Positions 1 to 8,601 of a stretch of DNA of 32,000 nt are shown here, piece by piece (position 1 is the stretch's first letter; each line of letters starts with the position of its first letter). This stretch comes from Gordonia zhenghanii (lineage in GTDB: Bacteria > Actinomycetota > Actinomycetes > Mycobacteriales > Mycobacteriaceae). The stretch lies in assembly GCF_021738965.1 (NCBI RefSeq), contig NZ_JAKKOQ010000007.1:125620-157619 (forward strand). The letters are read 5' to 3'. The position numbers and the translations under genes are program-made. The notes under the pieces were generated by a model, which made no database searches, was not told where the DNA came from, and saw only the letters and a program-made list of their open reading frames with translations.

Positions 1-1
1 G

Positions 2-490
2 GATGTCGACGGCAGCAGCGAGGAGATCTATTTCGCGGGCGGCTGCCTCTGGGGAGTCCAAGCGTTCATCGCGACGCTGTCGGGAGTGACTTTCACCGAG
101 GCGGGGCGAGCCAACGGCACTAGCGAGTCAACCGACAGCGAATACGACGGGTATGCCGAGTGTGTGCGCACGCGGTTCGATCCGACTGTGGTGAGCGTCG
201 AGCAGCTGATGGCGTACTTCTTCGAGATCATCGATCCGTACAGCGTGAATAGGCAGGGCCCGGACATCGGTCAGAAGTATCGCACCGGCGTGTACTCCGT
301 CAGCCCGTCCCACCTCGATCAGGCACGAGCGTTCATCGCTGCGCGAGACGACGCAGATCGGGTCGCGGTGGAGGTGGTTCCACTCGCCAATTATGTGCGA
401 AGTGCAGAGGAGCATCAGGATCGGCTCGCGCGTTTTCCCGACGACTCCTGCCACCTCGGCACGGAAGTACTGACTAAGTACATCGGCTGA
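2..490 (+). CDS. msrA: Peptide-methionine (S)-S-oxide reductase MsrA, 5' end cut by the window edge
   Basis: The frame is open from nt 2. The translation ...EEIYFAGGCLWGVQAF... carries the MsrA catalytic GCxWG motif, followed by IDPYSVNRQGPDIGQKYRTGVY and EEHQDRL. The track ORF 86..490 is the in-frame tail. Confidence 0.9.
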   Translation, partial: DVDGSSEEIYFAGGCLWGVQAFIATLSGVTFTEAGRANGTSESTDSEYDGYAECVRTRFDPTVVSVEQLMAYFFEIIDPYSVNRQGPDIGQKYRTGVYSVSPSHLDQARAFIAARDDADRVAVEVVPLANYVRSAEEHQDRLARFPDDSCHLGTEVLTKYIG

Positions 491-711
491 TCCCGGGCAA
501 AGCGAACTAGGACCGCGATAAGAACCTCTTCCCCGTTTGAGCAGGGGACGGCGCTGAACGGATAGCGTCGCACTGACCGACGAGCTAGACGGGCTGGCGA
601 ACAGGCCGGGTACGGCGTCGGACGAGGCGGGGGAGCGCGTCGCCTAGTGGTTCGGCGAAACGCGGTTGGGCACGCCCGTTTCGGGGCGTTTCGCCACCAT
701 AAATCGGCCAC

Positions 712-1152
712 TTAGCCACCGTAGGTAGTTTCGATGACCTGCGTGACTTCCGCCGTGATGACGGCGTCGCTGGAAGCGGTTCTGACAGAGAGACTCTCGT
801 CGATCGTCGCCCGCATGCCCGTCATTGTGAAACGGTCAAGAATGGGCTCTTCGCCGCCCTGAATCTCGTACAGCACTTTGAATGATCGACCCTCCAGCGT
901 TGCGGACATGCCGTCGAAAGTAGGAGAAAGCGAGATCGTCACGAGGCACCCCGCCGAACCGAAGCACTTCTTTTCCTCAGTCAGAACCGAGAGCGTGAAG
1001 TCTGAAGCGGTCACGGGCATCGCGTAGGGCGTTGTTTCTGTCGTCTCCGCTGTCGTTGTTTCGTCGGCCTCTGCAGCTGGTTTAGGGTCCGCGACCCTCT
1101 GTGACCCGAAACCGTATCCGACAGGCACCTCGCGGAATTGCCTATTTCTCAC
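712..1152 (-). CDS. Hypothetical protein (Thr/Glu-rich N-terminus, beta-rich C-terminus), possibly a truncated lipoprotein-like remnant
   Basis: 146-aa ORF with coding-like composition but no signal peptide and no recognisable motif. Its 5' end abuts or overlaps the start of the helicase remnant on the other strand. Confidence 0.4.
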   Translation of the reverse strand: MRNRQFREVPVGYGFGSQRVADPKPAAEADETTTAETTETTPYAMPVTASDFTLSVLTEEKKCFGSAGCLVTISLSPTFDGMSATLEGRSFKVLYEIQGGEEPILDRFTMTGMRATIDESLSVRTASSDAVITAEVTQVIETTYGG

Positions 1153-1153
1153 A

Positions 1154-2194
1154 CTGAAGGATGAGGACCTCGCTCAGACGCTCGGGATGCTTAAGTGTTG
1201 GTCGGACGGCTGGGTAGAGCCTGTCGTCGCGACACCAGAGCCGAGGCACATTGCGGCGCAACAGTTGCTCGCTGCCGTGCTACAGACACGCCGTCTGCCG
1301 CTCGCTGGCTGGCAGAACCAGTGGGGCACGCTGAACCTCTTCGGGGACGACGGACCCCGGATCGTGGAACACCTCCTCTCGGAGGGTTTTCTCGATCAGG
1401 ACGGGGGAGCGCCTTCATCGGACTTGAGGCCGAGAAGCACTTCGGCCGGCGGCACTTCATGGAATTGCTGGCGGTCTTTACGGCAGCCCCGGAGTTCACC
1501 GTGCTCGCAGGACGGAACGAGGTCGGTAAGATCGACGTCGGGCTACTCACCGACGACGTCGAAGGCCCGCGGGTCCTGCTGCTCGGCGGACGGTCGTGGA
1601 TGGTGACGCACATCGATTGGAAGCGGCGGCACGCATTCGTAGAGTCGACGGACATTGCGGGTATCGCACGGTGGCAGTCGATCCCCGACGGCGTCTCGTT
1701 CGAGATCGCCAGGGGGGCGCGTGATGTGTTGCTTGGCGCCGTTCCCGAAGGTGTGACGTTGACGAAGCGTGCAGCAGAAGCGATTGCGGCGTATCGCGCG
1801 CAACGTAGCCCCGATGTGGTTGCTGACGCGCTGGTCGTGCGACGTGATGACAAGGGAGATTGGCACTGGTGGACCTGGGCGGGAGCGAAGGCCAACCGGA
1901 CCCTTGGCTGCGTGGCTGCCCGAGCTGGTGCCGCCGCGACAACGGATCGGTGCGGAATCGATCCGGCTTCACCGTGACCTGACGCGTGACGAGATTCGGT
2001 CGGCGATCAAGGCGGTGTTGGAGAGTGACAGGCGACCCGCGCCGACCGTGGACTCTCGCGCGGTGAAGGGACTCAAATTCTCCGCAGCGCTACCGGTGGA
2101 ATTGGCGCAGCGGACGTTGGCGGTGCGTGGGATGGATAGGGTGCATGCCGAGGAAGTGTTGGGGGAGAAGCGGTCGTATCGGCTGGATGGGTGA
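1154..2194 (+). pseudogene. 5'-truncated, twice-frameshifted C-terminal remnant of an Lhr-like DEAD/DEAH helicase
   Basis: Three consecutive ORF pieces in alternating frames read as one protein. Piece 1 is ...GWVEPVVATPEPRHIAAQQLLA...LSEGFLDQDGG. Piece 2 is AFIGLEAEKHFGRRHFMELLAVFTAAPEFTVLAGRNEVGKID...WWTWAGAKANRTL. Piece 3 is AAWLPELV...FSAALPVELAQRTL. This matches my memory of the Lhr 'DEAD/H-associated' C-terminal region. The frame switches fall at a G5 run (1403-1407) and at about 1897-1903. No helicase core lies upstream. Confidence 0.7.
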
Positions 2195-2223
2195 CAATGA
2201 CTACCCGCACGTCCTCGCTGCAT

Positions 2224-3123
2224 TTACTCCGGTTGCGGCCCGCGAGTAGCAGATGAGAACCAAGCGCAGTCATCATGGTGCGCTTTGAGATTGGCTTGTG
2301 CTGGCCAGTCCTGACGGGCGGAAGGCAGACTAAGAGCGTGGCTATCGTACTGGTCGTACTCGGTACCCCGCATCGGTTCGCTTACCCGGACCAAAATTTG
2401 GGAACTATCTGTTGAGAACTCGAGCGTGATGAGGTGCAGATCGAAAAGTGTATGGAGATCCGACCGCATCAGGATTCCGTTGTTTGTCTGGTGAGAGTGC
2501 TCGCCTCGGTACGGCTGAATGTGAGCTGCCTCGAGGATTTCGGTCACCGATGAGCCGGTGATTGCGCATTTGTTTCTGTAGGCGACGAGTAGCTTTTGCC
2601 GGAACTGTGGTTGACCCTGCCTTCGGTGGATTAAGGCGGTGACCTTCTTTCGAGTGTCGGGGTAGCCATCTCCATCCCCTCCGGGCGGCAGCGTACTGCC
2701 ATTGAAGAGGTCCCGTAAGAACTGCTCGCTGCCGCTAGGGACCGACACCTGGCCGTTGCTCGGGAGTTCTCTGACTCCGGTAGCGGCCGCCATCTTGCCC
2801 CAGCGGATATCGGTACGGAGATCGTCGCTGACGAGTTCGAACGAGAACCGGCGCTTGTATGGCCGATCGTTCCACGGCGCTTCCGGCATCGTTTCCTCGA
2901 TCGGCACCGCGTCCTGGGTGACGCGAGTCCATCCGACAAAGCTTTGGCCGCTCTGCCAAAAGAATACGTCGTCACCCGCTCGGATATCCTTTGCGTTCGT
3001 GATGTCCCAGAACTCGCGTTCAACCGCGTAATCCCAATGGTCCGGGTAGTCACGGCTGATCGTTACGATCCATGCAGTCACTTGCAGGCATGCCTTTTCC
3101 AGGTTCGCTCCGGGTGGAGGCAT
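2224..3123 (-). CDS. EVE/PUA-like (putative modified-base reader) domain fused to an HNH_2-type endonuclease; type IV restriction-like
   Basis: The C-terminus GQPQFRQKLLVAYRNKCAITG..LEAAHIQPYRGEHSHQTNNGILMRSDLHTLFD is a textbook HNH_2 module. The N-terminal ~130 aa (WIVTISRDYPDHWDYAVEREFWDI..IRAGDDVFFWQSGQSFVGWTRV) fits the EVE/PUA-like pattern. The true start may be GTG at 3081 (VTAWIV...). Confidence 0.8.
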   Translation of the reverse strand: MPPPGANLEKACLQVTAWIVTISRDYPDHWDYAVEREFWDITNAKDIRAGDDVFFWQSGQSFVGWTRVTQDAVPIEETMPEAPWNDRPYKRRFSFELVSDDLRTDIRWGKMAAATGVRELPSNGQVSVPSGSEQFLRDLFNGSTLPPGGDGDGYPDTRKKVTALIHRRQGQPQFRQKLLVAYRNKCAITGSSVTEILEAAHIQPYRGEHSHQTNNGILMRSDLHTLFDLHLITLEFSTDSSQILVRVSEPMRGTEYDQYDSHALSLPSARQDWPAQANLKAHHDDCAWFSSATRGPQPE

Positions 3124-3188
3124 GTCCTGGGCGGAAGCCTGTCGGGCCGTGCTCGTTTGTCGGTGTTCTATTTAGTTGTGGTCGGGTG

Positions 3189-5081
3189 TTAGGTAGTACC
3201 GTCCACCAGCCGATGCAACGCATCCCGCGTCTCTTCGTCCGTTGAGTACAAGACGGTCCCGACCATGCCGCGCGTGAGCAGCACTTTGTAGACATGGCGG
3301 ACGAGTCGAGTGAAACGAAGATCGGAGACCTTCGTCGAACTGCGGAAATCGGGGTCACGGTTTGCGCCGCGATCGATGACGAACCAGCCGTCCCTCCATA
3401 GGAGGTCGGGGCCGAGTATCACGCCGTTCCAGTCGTACTCGAAGCCTTGAGCCGTGTAGATGCAGCCGACTTGGCCGAAGCCACCGTCCTGTGTTGCCCA
3501 CAGCGCGGATGGGGGAGCCTCGCCGATGCGTCGGTCTCCCTTGGCGTTCCACGGGCGGGCCCAGTCGCCGATCTCGACGTCGGCGACGAGTTCGCCGTCT
3601 CGAGGGTCTGACCATGGCCAGCAGAAGCCGGCGGTCATGCGTGCGGAACAGCCGTCGTCCATCTTCTCCAGGAGGCGCCGTTCGAGGTCCCATGGAGTGT
3701 CGGCCACTTCCACGGCGAACTCGGGGATGGGCTTCCACGCGGTCGGCTCCTTCTCGGACAGCCCGAGGAGCCTCTGTACCCAGTCGAGATACTCGGCGCT
3801 GCCACCGCAGCGAAACTGAGCGTCGAGTGGAATATGTACGGTCTCGAGACCAAGGGACTTCGCGTACGACGTGATCTGTTCGAGCGAACCCATCTCGCCG
3901 GGGCGAACCACCTGGTGCTCGTCTAGAAGGAACACCGGTACGCGGGCAGCCGAGATCAGCTCGTCGACCTGTGGTCGGTCCGTACGCAGTGCCGCCTTGG
4001 TGTATCGATCAACCGAGGTCTCGCGGACGCGATGTGCCTCATCCATGATGAGGACGTCCAGATCGTTTGCGTCGGCCGTCATGAACTGGTTGAAGTACTT
4101 GAACATCTTCTGCACGCGGGGTGCGCGGTGTCCTGCGACTTTGCGGAGCGTCTGCGTGAAAGACCGGGAACCGGTCGCGTGGAGGACTGTCCTGCCTTGA
4201 CGGGCGAGTTCTCCGAGCAGTTCCAGCGCGATAACACTCTTCCCGCTGCCGGGGCCTCCGCTGACGATGATGACGCGCTTGGAGTTCGACTTCTTCGCTT
4301 GGTCGACCTGATGCATCACCAGATCGACAGCGAGCTGCTGATTGCCGAGCAGGTGGAACTGCGAGCGGTTCTTCACCTCTTCGGCAGCGACCTTGAGTAG
4401 TTGGCGAGACGGCGCCGCAGCTGAGTTGAGGAGTAGGTCCGCCGACGCCTTTCCCCGCTTCTCGGCGAGCCGCGATCGCAGGAACTCGTGGAACTTGCCC
4501 CGATCCGCGGCTGTGAAGACACGGCCCATCGTCGTGGCGGGCACCGCCTTCAGGTCCTCGACGAGGCTCGGGTCGTTGGCGTTGTGGAGGTAGGCGGCCC
4601 CAGCCAGCGCATCCGGCTGATCTTGCAGAACGCGCGCGAAGTCCGCGATGTATTCGCAGTAGCCACGGACCTGCAGGATCGGATTGAGCTTCGGGCCGCC
4701 GGGCATGCCGGGAACGTCGACCAGTTCAGCACTGTCCTCGAACGAATACGCGGCGGTCCACTGCTTCAACTCAATGACGACGTACGACGGCTCACCGGTC
4801 TTCGGGTGAATGCCTGCCAGGACGACGTCGGCGCGTTTCGAGGTGAGCGGCATGTGGTACTCGATCAACATCTCGACATCGCCGAGTCCGGCCTCGCGTA
4901 GGTCGGCGGCTAGCGCGGGGAGACTGCGACGCCAGGAGTTCTGTTCCGACTCTCCGGCACGGTGCCCCGTCGTGAACAACATTTGGCTCAGTAACTGCTC
5001 CACCAACGAATCGGGCTGACTCATCCGCGGGTCGGCGGCAGTCGTACGAAGCAGCGTCACTCTCAGTCCCCAAGGCAGCAC
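3189..5081 (-). CDS. DUF2075 (Schlafen-like) nuclease-helicase with an N-terminal PD-(D/E)xK-like core plus a P-loop ATPase
   Basis: Motifs seen: KRADVVLAG...SYVVIELKQW (D...ExK), Walker A GGPGSGKS, Walker B LIMDEAHR. DUF2075 hallmarks present: DAQFRCGGSAEYLDWV, IYTAQGFEYDW, YKVLLTRG. An alternative start is ATG at 5024 (MSQPDSLVEQLL). Confidence 0.85.
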   Translation of the reverse strand: MLPWGLRVTLLRTTAADPRMSQPDSLVEQLLSQMLFTTGHRAGESEQNSWRRSLPALAADLREAGLGDVEMLIEYHMPLTSKRADVVLAGIHPKTGEPSYVVIELKQWTAAYSFEDSAELVDVPGMPGGPKLNPILQVRGYCEYIADFARVLQDQPDALAGAAYLHNANDPSLVEDLKAVPATTMGRVFTAADRGKFHEFLRSRLAEKRGKASADLLLNSAAAPSRQLLKVAAEEVKNRSQFHLLGNQQLAVDLVMHQVDQAKKSNSKRVIIVSGGPGSGKSVIALELLGELARQGRTVLHATGSRSFTQTLRKVAGHRAPRVQKMFKYFNQFMTADANDLDVLIMDEAHRVRETSVDRYTKAALRTDRPQVDELISAARVPVFLLDEHQVVRPGEMGSLEQITSYAKSLGLETVHIPLDAQFRCGGSAEYLDWVQRLLGLSEKEPTAWKPIPEFAVEVADTPWDLERRLLEKMDDGCSARMTAGFCWPWSDPRDGELVADVEIGDWARPWNAKGDRRIGEAPPSALWATQDGGFGQVGCIYTAQGFEYDWNGVILGPDLLWRDGWFVIDRGANRDPDFRSSTKVSDLRFTRLVRHVYKVLLTRGMVGTVLYSTDEETRDALHRLVDGTT

Positions 5082-5173
5082 GAAACGATTCGTGCGGGTG
5101 GGGACATGTCATGGTGCGCGAGGCGTAGAAGTCCGTCGGGCCGCAGGTGTCAGGTTAGCGGATAGCGCAGCGA

Positions 5174-6049
5174 GTGTTGTGGTGTGGCACACGGAGTCTG
5201 GAAGTGGCCTATCGGGGCGGTCGCCGGAGCTACTCTTGCTTCGTGGCCCTGACTGACCTGACAGTGGATGCGGTCAACTCGGCCATGGACGAGTTCGATG
5301 ACGCTGGCGGAGATGCGTTCCTGTCGAGGCACGGGTACCAGCCGGCCAAGCAGTACTTCGTTGTGCGTGACGAACGGCAGTACGATTCGAAAGCGATCGT
5401 CGGCGTCGCGCATGGATACCTTCCCGGTCGGCAAGCGTTGAAGGCGTCAGAGTTCAGTGGCGGCGAGAAGACGGTCGTCAGAGTGCTTGAGTCGCTCGGG
5501 TTCGAGGTTCGCAGACACGAGGTCGATCGACCGCGCGACGAGTCCGGTTCGCCGGTGAAACACATGCGAGATCATGACGCCCCGGCTCACCCGATTACGG
5601 AACCACGCGTCGAGCGGATCCCGGTGGAATCGCAGATCACCGGGACGTTCGTTTACGACGTCGACCGGACGGTTGAGGCTGCGCGAGCCGAGGCGGAACT
5701 TCAGTCGAGCCTCCACCGCTACCTGACTTCGATCGGACACGTCGTCTGTCGACATCTCATCCACACACCCGACGGCTACCGCCTCCTGACAGACATCTAC
5801 GACGAGACGGCCGACGTTCTTGTCGAGGTGAAGAGTGATGTCAGCAGGCAAACGTTGCGGTCAGCGCTCGGACAGATCCTCGACTATCAGCGGTACGTGT
5901 CGCCAGCGGCCAGTGCGCTGCTCGTGCCAGAATCGCCGTCTCGGGAAATGCTTGATCTTTTCCGCAGCAACTCGATCGACGTCATCTGGCCTCAGGAAGG
6001 CGCGTTCTCTACGGCGTCGATCGCTGGAGGCTTGTTCACGAAGATGTAG
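5174..6049 (+). CDS. Two-domain nuclease: N-terminal ScoMcrA-type 'head'-like domain plus a C-terminal PD-(D/E)xK nuclease
   Basis: The N-terminus DAFLSRHGYQPAKQYFVVRDERQYDSKAIVGVAHGYLPG..FSGGEKTVVRVLESLGFEV resembles the module at the N-terminus of actinobacterial type IV (ScoMcrA-like) enzymes; this is from memory. The C-terminus LLTDIYDETADVLVEVKSDVSRQTLRSALGQILDY is a D...ExK...Q..DY nuclease core. The likely true start is GTG at 5243 (VALTDLTVDAV). Confidence 0.65.
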   Translation: MLWCGTRSLEVAYRGGRRSYSCFVALTDLTVDAVNSAMDEFDDAGGDAFLSRHGYQPAKQYFVVRDERQYDSKAIVGVAHGYLPGRQALKASEFSGGEKTVVRVLESLGFEVRRHEVDRPRDESGSPVKHMRDHDAPAHPITEPRVERIPVESQITGTFVYDVDRTVEAARAEAELQSSLHRYLTSIGHVVCRHLIHTPDGYRLLTDIYDETADVLVEVKSDVSRQTLRSALGQILDYQRYVSPAASALLVPESPSREMLDLFRSNSIDVIWPQEGAFSTASIAGGLFTKM

Positions 6050-6317
6050 GCGAGACGCGATCGCAGCGGCGGTAGATACAGTCGCCGGATCGATCACCTC
6101 GGTCGAGTTCACGTTCGTGGCGTTCAACGACGAGCTCGCGGAGGCGTTGGGAACGTACGCGTGACTTGAGACCCAGGTGTGGCCGCTCGCCAGCGCTCAA
6201 AAGGTTTACCCGCGGGGAGTCGTCGACCTCCGATTCTTGCCGTAGCGCCTCGCGACTGCAGGTCCGCCCTCGAGTTTGAGGAGCCCTCGCGCATGATGTC
6301 AAAAGTGGTACTATTCG

Positions 6318-6572
6318 ATGGTGGGCAAGCACGGCAGGATCGTTCAGGCGATGCGGAACAACCCTGCCGGGATACGGTTCGATGACTTGAAGAAGGTCTG
6401 TGACGGACTCTTCGGCGCGCCGCGGAATAGAGGAACGAGTCACTTCGTCTACAGAATGCCGTGGGCAGGCGATCCGCGTGTGCTCATCCAACGAGGAAAG
6501 GACGGCAAAGCGAAGGCGTACCAAGTGCGCCAGGTGCTTGCCGCGATCGACAGACTTGAAGGCGGTGAATAG
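6318..6572 (+). CDS. hicA: HicA-family type II toxin (mRNA interferase-like)
   Basis: 84-aa protein immediately upstream (3-nt gap) of a clear HicB antitoxin. The ...GTSHFVYRMPW...VLIQRGKDGKAKAYQVRQVLAAI pattern resembles the HicA/YcfA GSH-x-fold signature. Confidence 0.6.
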   Translation: MVGKHGRIVQAMRNNPAGIRFDDLKKVCDGLFGAPRNRGTSHFVYRMPWAGDPRVLIQRGKDGKAKAYQVRQVLAAIDRLEGGE

Positions 6573-6575
6573 CAA

Positions 6576-6893
6576 GTGTGGAAGGCAGAACAATATAGCT
6601 ATCGCGTGGTCTGGTCCGAAGAAGACCAGGAGCACGTCGGGCTCGTCGACGAGTTCCCGAGTTTGTCCTGGTTGGCGGCGAACCAGGTCGAAGCGCTGAC
6701 AGGAGTCGGCGAGGTCGTTGCCGAAGCGCTCGACGACCTGGGGGACGACGCTCCCATTCCGCTGTCGCAACGCAAGTACTCGGGAAAGTTCCTTGTCCGA
6801 ACGACGCCTCGTGTGCACCGGCGACTTGCCGAACAAGCCGCACGCACAGGTAAGTCGTTGAACGCCGTCGCGAACGAACTCCTCGACGTGTGA
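6576..6893 (+). CDS. hicB: HicB-family antitoxin with a C-terminal RHH-like DNA-binding tail
   Basis: YSYRVVWSEEDQEHVGLVDEFPSLSWLAANQVEAL...PIPLSQRKYSGKFLVRTTPRVHRRLAEQAARTGKSLNAVANELL closely matches the HicB antitoxin consensus as I remember it (YsY.v.WSeED...ySGkf.lR.p..lH..La..A...g.SLN). Confidence 0.8.
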   Translation: MWKAEQYSYRVVWSEEDQEHVGLVDEFPSLSWLAANQVEALTGVGEVVAEALDDLGDDAPIPLSQRKYSGKFLVRTTPRVHRRLAEQAARTGKSLNAVANELLDV

Positions 6894-6950
6894 TCGACGC
6901 TGCTCAACCAGCGTCGATACCACTCCCACGCGACCGATAGACTGCACACC

Positions 6951-8531
6951 GTGACGAACTCATCCCCGGAGCATCCGCGTCCTGTCCTCGTCGTCGACTT
7001 CGGAGCCCAGTACGCCCAGCTCATCGCTCGGCGCGTACGAGAGGCTCGTATCTACTCAGAGGTCGTCGCGCACGATGCGACCCTCGAGGAGATCACCGCG
7101 AAGAATCCGGCGGCACTGATCCTGTCGGGTGGCCCGGCGTCGGTGTACGCCGACGGTGCGCCGACCATCGACGAGAAGCTGTTCGACCTGGGAATTCCGA
7201 TGTTCGGCATCTGCTACGGCTTCCAGAAGATGACCACCGCGCTCGGTGGTGTCGTCGCCAACACCGGTGGACGCGAGTTCGGCCGCACGACGCTGACTGT
7301 GTCGGGCGACGGCCGACTCCACCGCGGACTCCCGGATACGCAGCCGGTGTGGATGAGCCACAACGACGCCGTGCAGAGCGCACCCGAAGGATTCGACGTG
7401 ACCGCGTCGACGCCGGGCGCACCGGTTGCAGCCTTCGAGTGCATCGAGCGTCGGATGGCCGGCGTCCAGTACCACCCCGAGGTGATGCACAGCCCGCACG
7501 GCCAGGAAGTGCTCACCCGCTTCCTGTACGACGTCGCGGGCCTGAAGCCGACGTGGACCGCGGCCAACATTGCGGAGGCGTTGATCAACGATGTGCGCGA
7601 GCAGGTCGGCGACGGCCTCGCCATCTGTGGACTGTCCGGTGGCGTCGACTCCGCTGTCGCAGGTGCGCTCGTGCAGCAGGCGATCGGGGATCGCCTCACG
7701 TGTGTGTTCGTCGACCATGGTCTGCTGCGCGCCGGTGAGCGCGAGCAGGTGCAGAACGACTTCGTCGCGGCTACGGGCGCCCGCCTGGTGACCGTCGATG
7801 CTGAGGAGACCTTCCTTGGACACCTCGACGGTGTGTCCGACCCGGAGGAGAAGCGCAAGATCATCGGTCGTGAGTTCATCCGGTCGTTCGAGGGCGCGGT
7901 GTCCGAAGTCCTCGGCGGCCAGGCCGCAGAGGGCAAGAAGGTCGACTACCTCGTCCAGGGAACGCTGTACCCGGACGTCGTCGAATCTGGGGGCGGCAGC
8001 GGCACCGCGAACATCAAGAGCCACCACAACGTCGGAGGACTGCCCGAAGACCTCGAGTTCAAACTCGTCGAGCCGCTCCGTCTCCTGTTCAAGGACGAGG
8101 TGCGCGCCGTGGGACGTGAGCTGGGACTGCCCGAGGAGATGGTCGCCCGCCAGCCGTTCCCGGGGCCGGGCCTGGCCATCCGCATCGTCGGTGAAGTCAC
8201 CAAGGATCGCCTCGACCTTCTGCGCACCGCCGATCTGATCGCGCGTGAGGAACTCACGGCGGCCGGTCTCGACGGCCAGATCTGGCAGTGCCCGGTGGTG
8301 CTGCTCGCGGACGTCCGCAGTGTCGGCGTGCAAGGCGACGGCCGAACGTACGGCCACCCGATCGTGTTGCGGCCGGTGTCGAGCGAGGACGCGATGACCG
8401 CCGACTGGACTCGTATTCCCTACGAGGTGCTCGAGACGATCTCGACTCGCATCACCAACGAGGTTCCTGACGTGAACCGCGTCGTGCTCGACGTGACGAG
8501 CAAGCCGCCGGGGACGATCGAGTGGGAGTGA
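6951..8531 (+). CDS. guaA: GMP synthase (glutamine-hydrolysing)
   Basis: Full-length 526-aa protein with a GTG start. It has the GATase-1 domain (ICYGFQ, YHPEV), the ATP-PPase P-loop [10 protein letters not shown], and the C-terminal dimerisation domain ending PPGTIEWE. Confidence 0.97.
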   Translation: MTNSSPEHPRPVLVVDFGAQYAQLIARRVREARIYSEVVAHDATLEEITAKNPAALILSGGPASVYADGAPTIDEKLFDLGIPMFGICYGFQKMTTALGGVVANTGGREFGRTTLTVSGDGRLHRGLPDTQPVWMSHNDAVQSAPEGFDVTASTPGAPVAAFECIERRMAGVQYHPEVMHSPHGQEVLTRFLYDVAGLKPTWTAANIAEALINDVREQVGDGLAICGLSGGVDSAVAGALVQQAIGDRLTCVFVDHGLLRAGEREQVQNDFVAATGARLVTVDAEETFLGHLDGVSDPEEKRKIIGREFIRSFEGAVSEVLGGQAAEGKKVDYLVQGTLYPDVVESGGGSGTANIKSHHNVGGLPEDLEFKLVEPLRLLFKDEVRAVGRELGLPEEMVARQPFPGPGLAIRIVGEVTKDRLDLLRTADLIAREELTAAGLDGQIWQCPVVLLADVRSVGVQGDGRTYGHPIVLRPVSSEDAMTADWTRIPYEVLETISTRITNEVPDVNRVVLDVTSKPPGTIEWE

Positions 8532-8554
8532 GACTTCCGTAGAGCTGTGTTGGG

Positions 8555-8576
8555 CCCTCGCACTTTGGTGCGGGGG
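8555..8576. terminator. GC-rich hairpin between the convergent guaA and the 8602..9072 gene; possible bidirectional terminator
   Basis: ccctcgcac-tttg-gtgcggggg forms a 9-bp stem (one G.U pair) with a 4-nt loop, 24 nt after the guaA stop. There is no clear U-tract. Confidence 0.35.
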
Positions 8577-8601
8577 TCTGACTGCACTGCGCCGACCGGC
8601 T

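Noticed and set aside
1191-1972. Antisense ORFs (234, 141 and 107 aa) across the helicase remnant.
   Set aside because: They are low-complexity and Ser/Arg/Ala-rich. The + strand pieces carry recognisable Lhr-type sequence.
6036-6947. A 303-aa ORF antisense to hicA/hicB.
   Set aside because: It has no motifs and an Arg-rich composition. The opposite strand encodes a well-matched HicB and a paired HicA.
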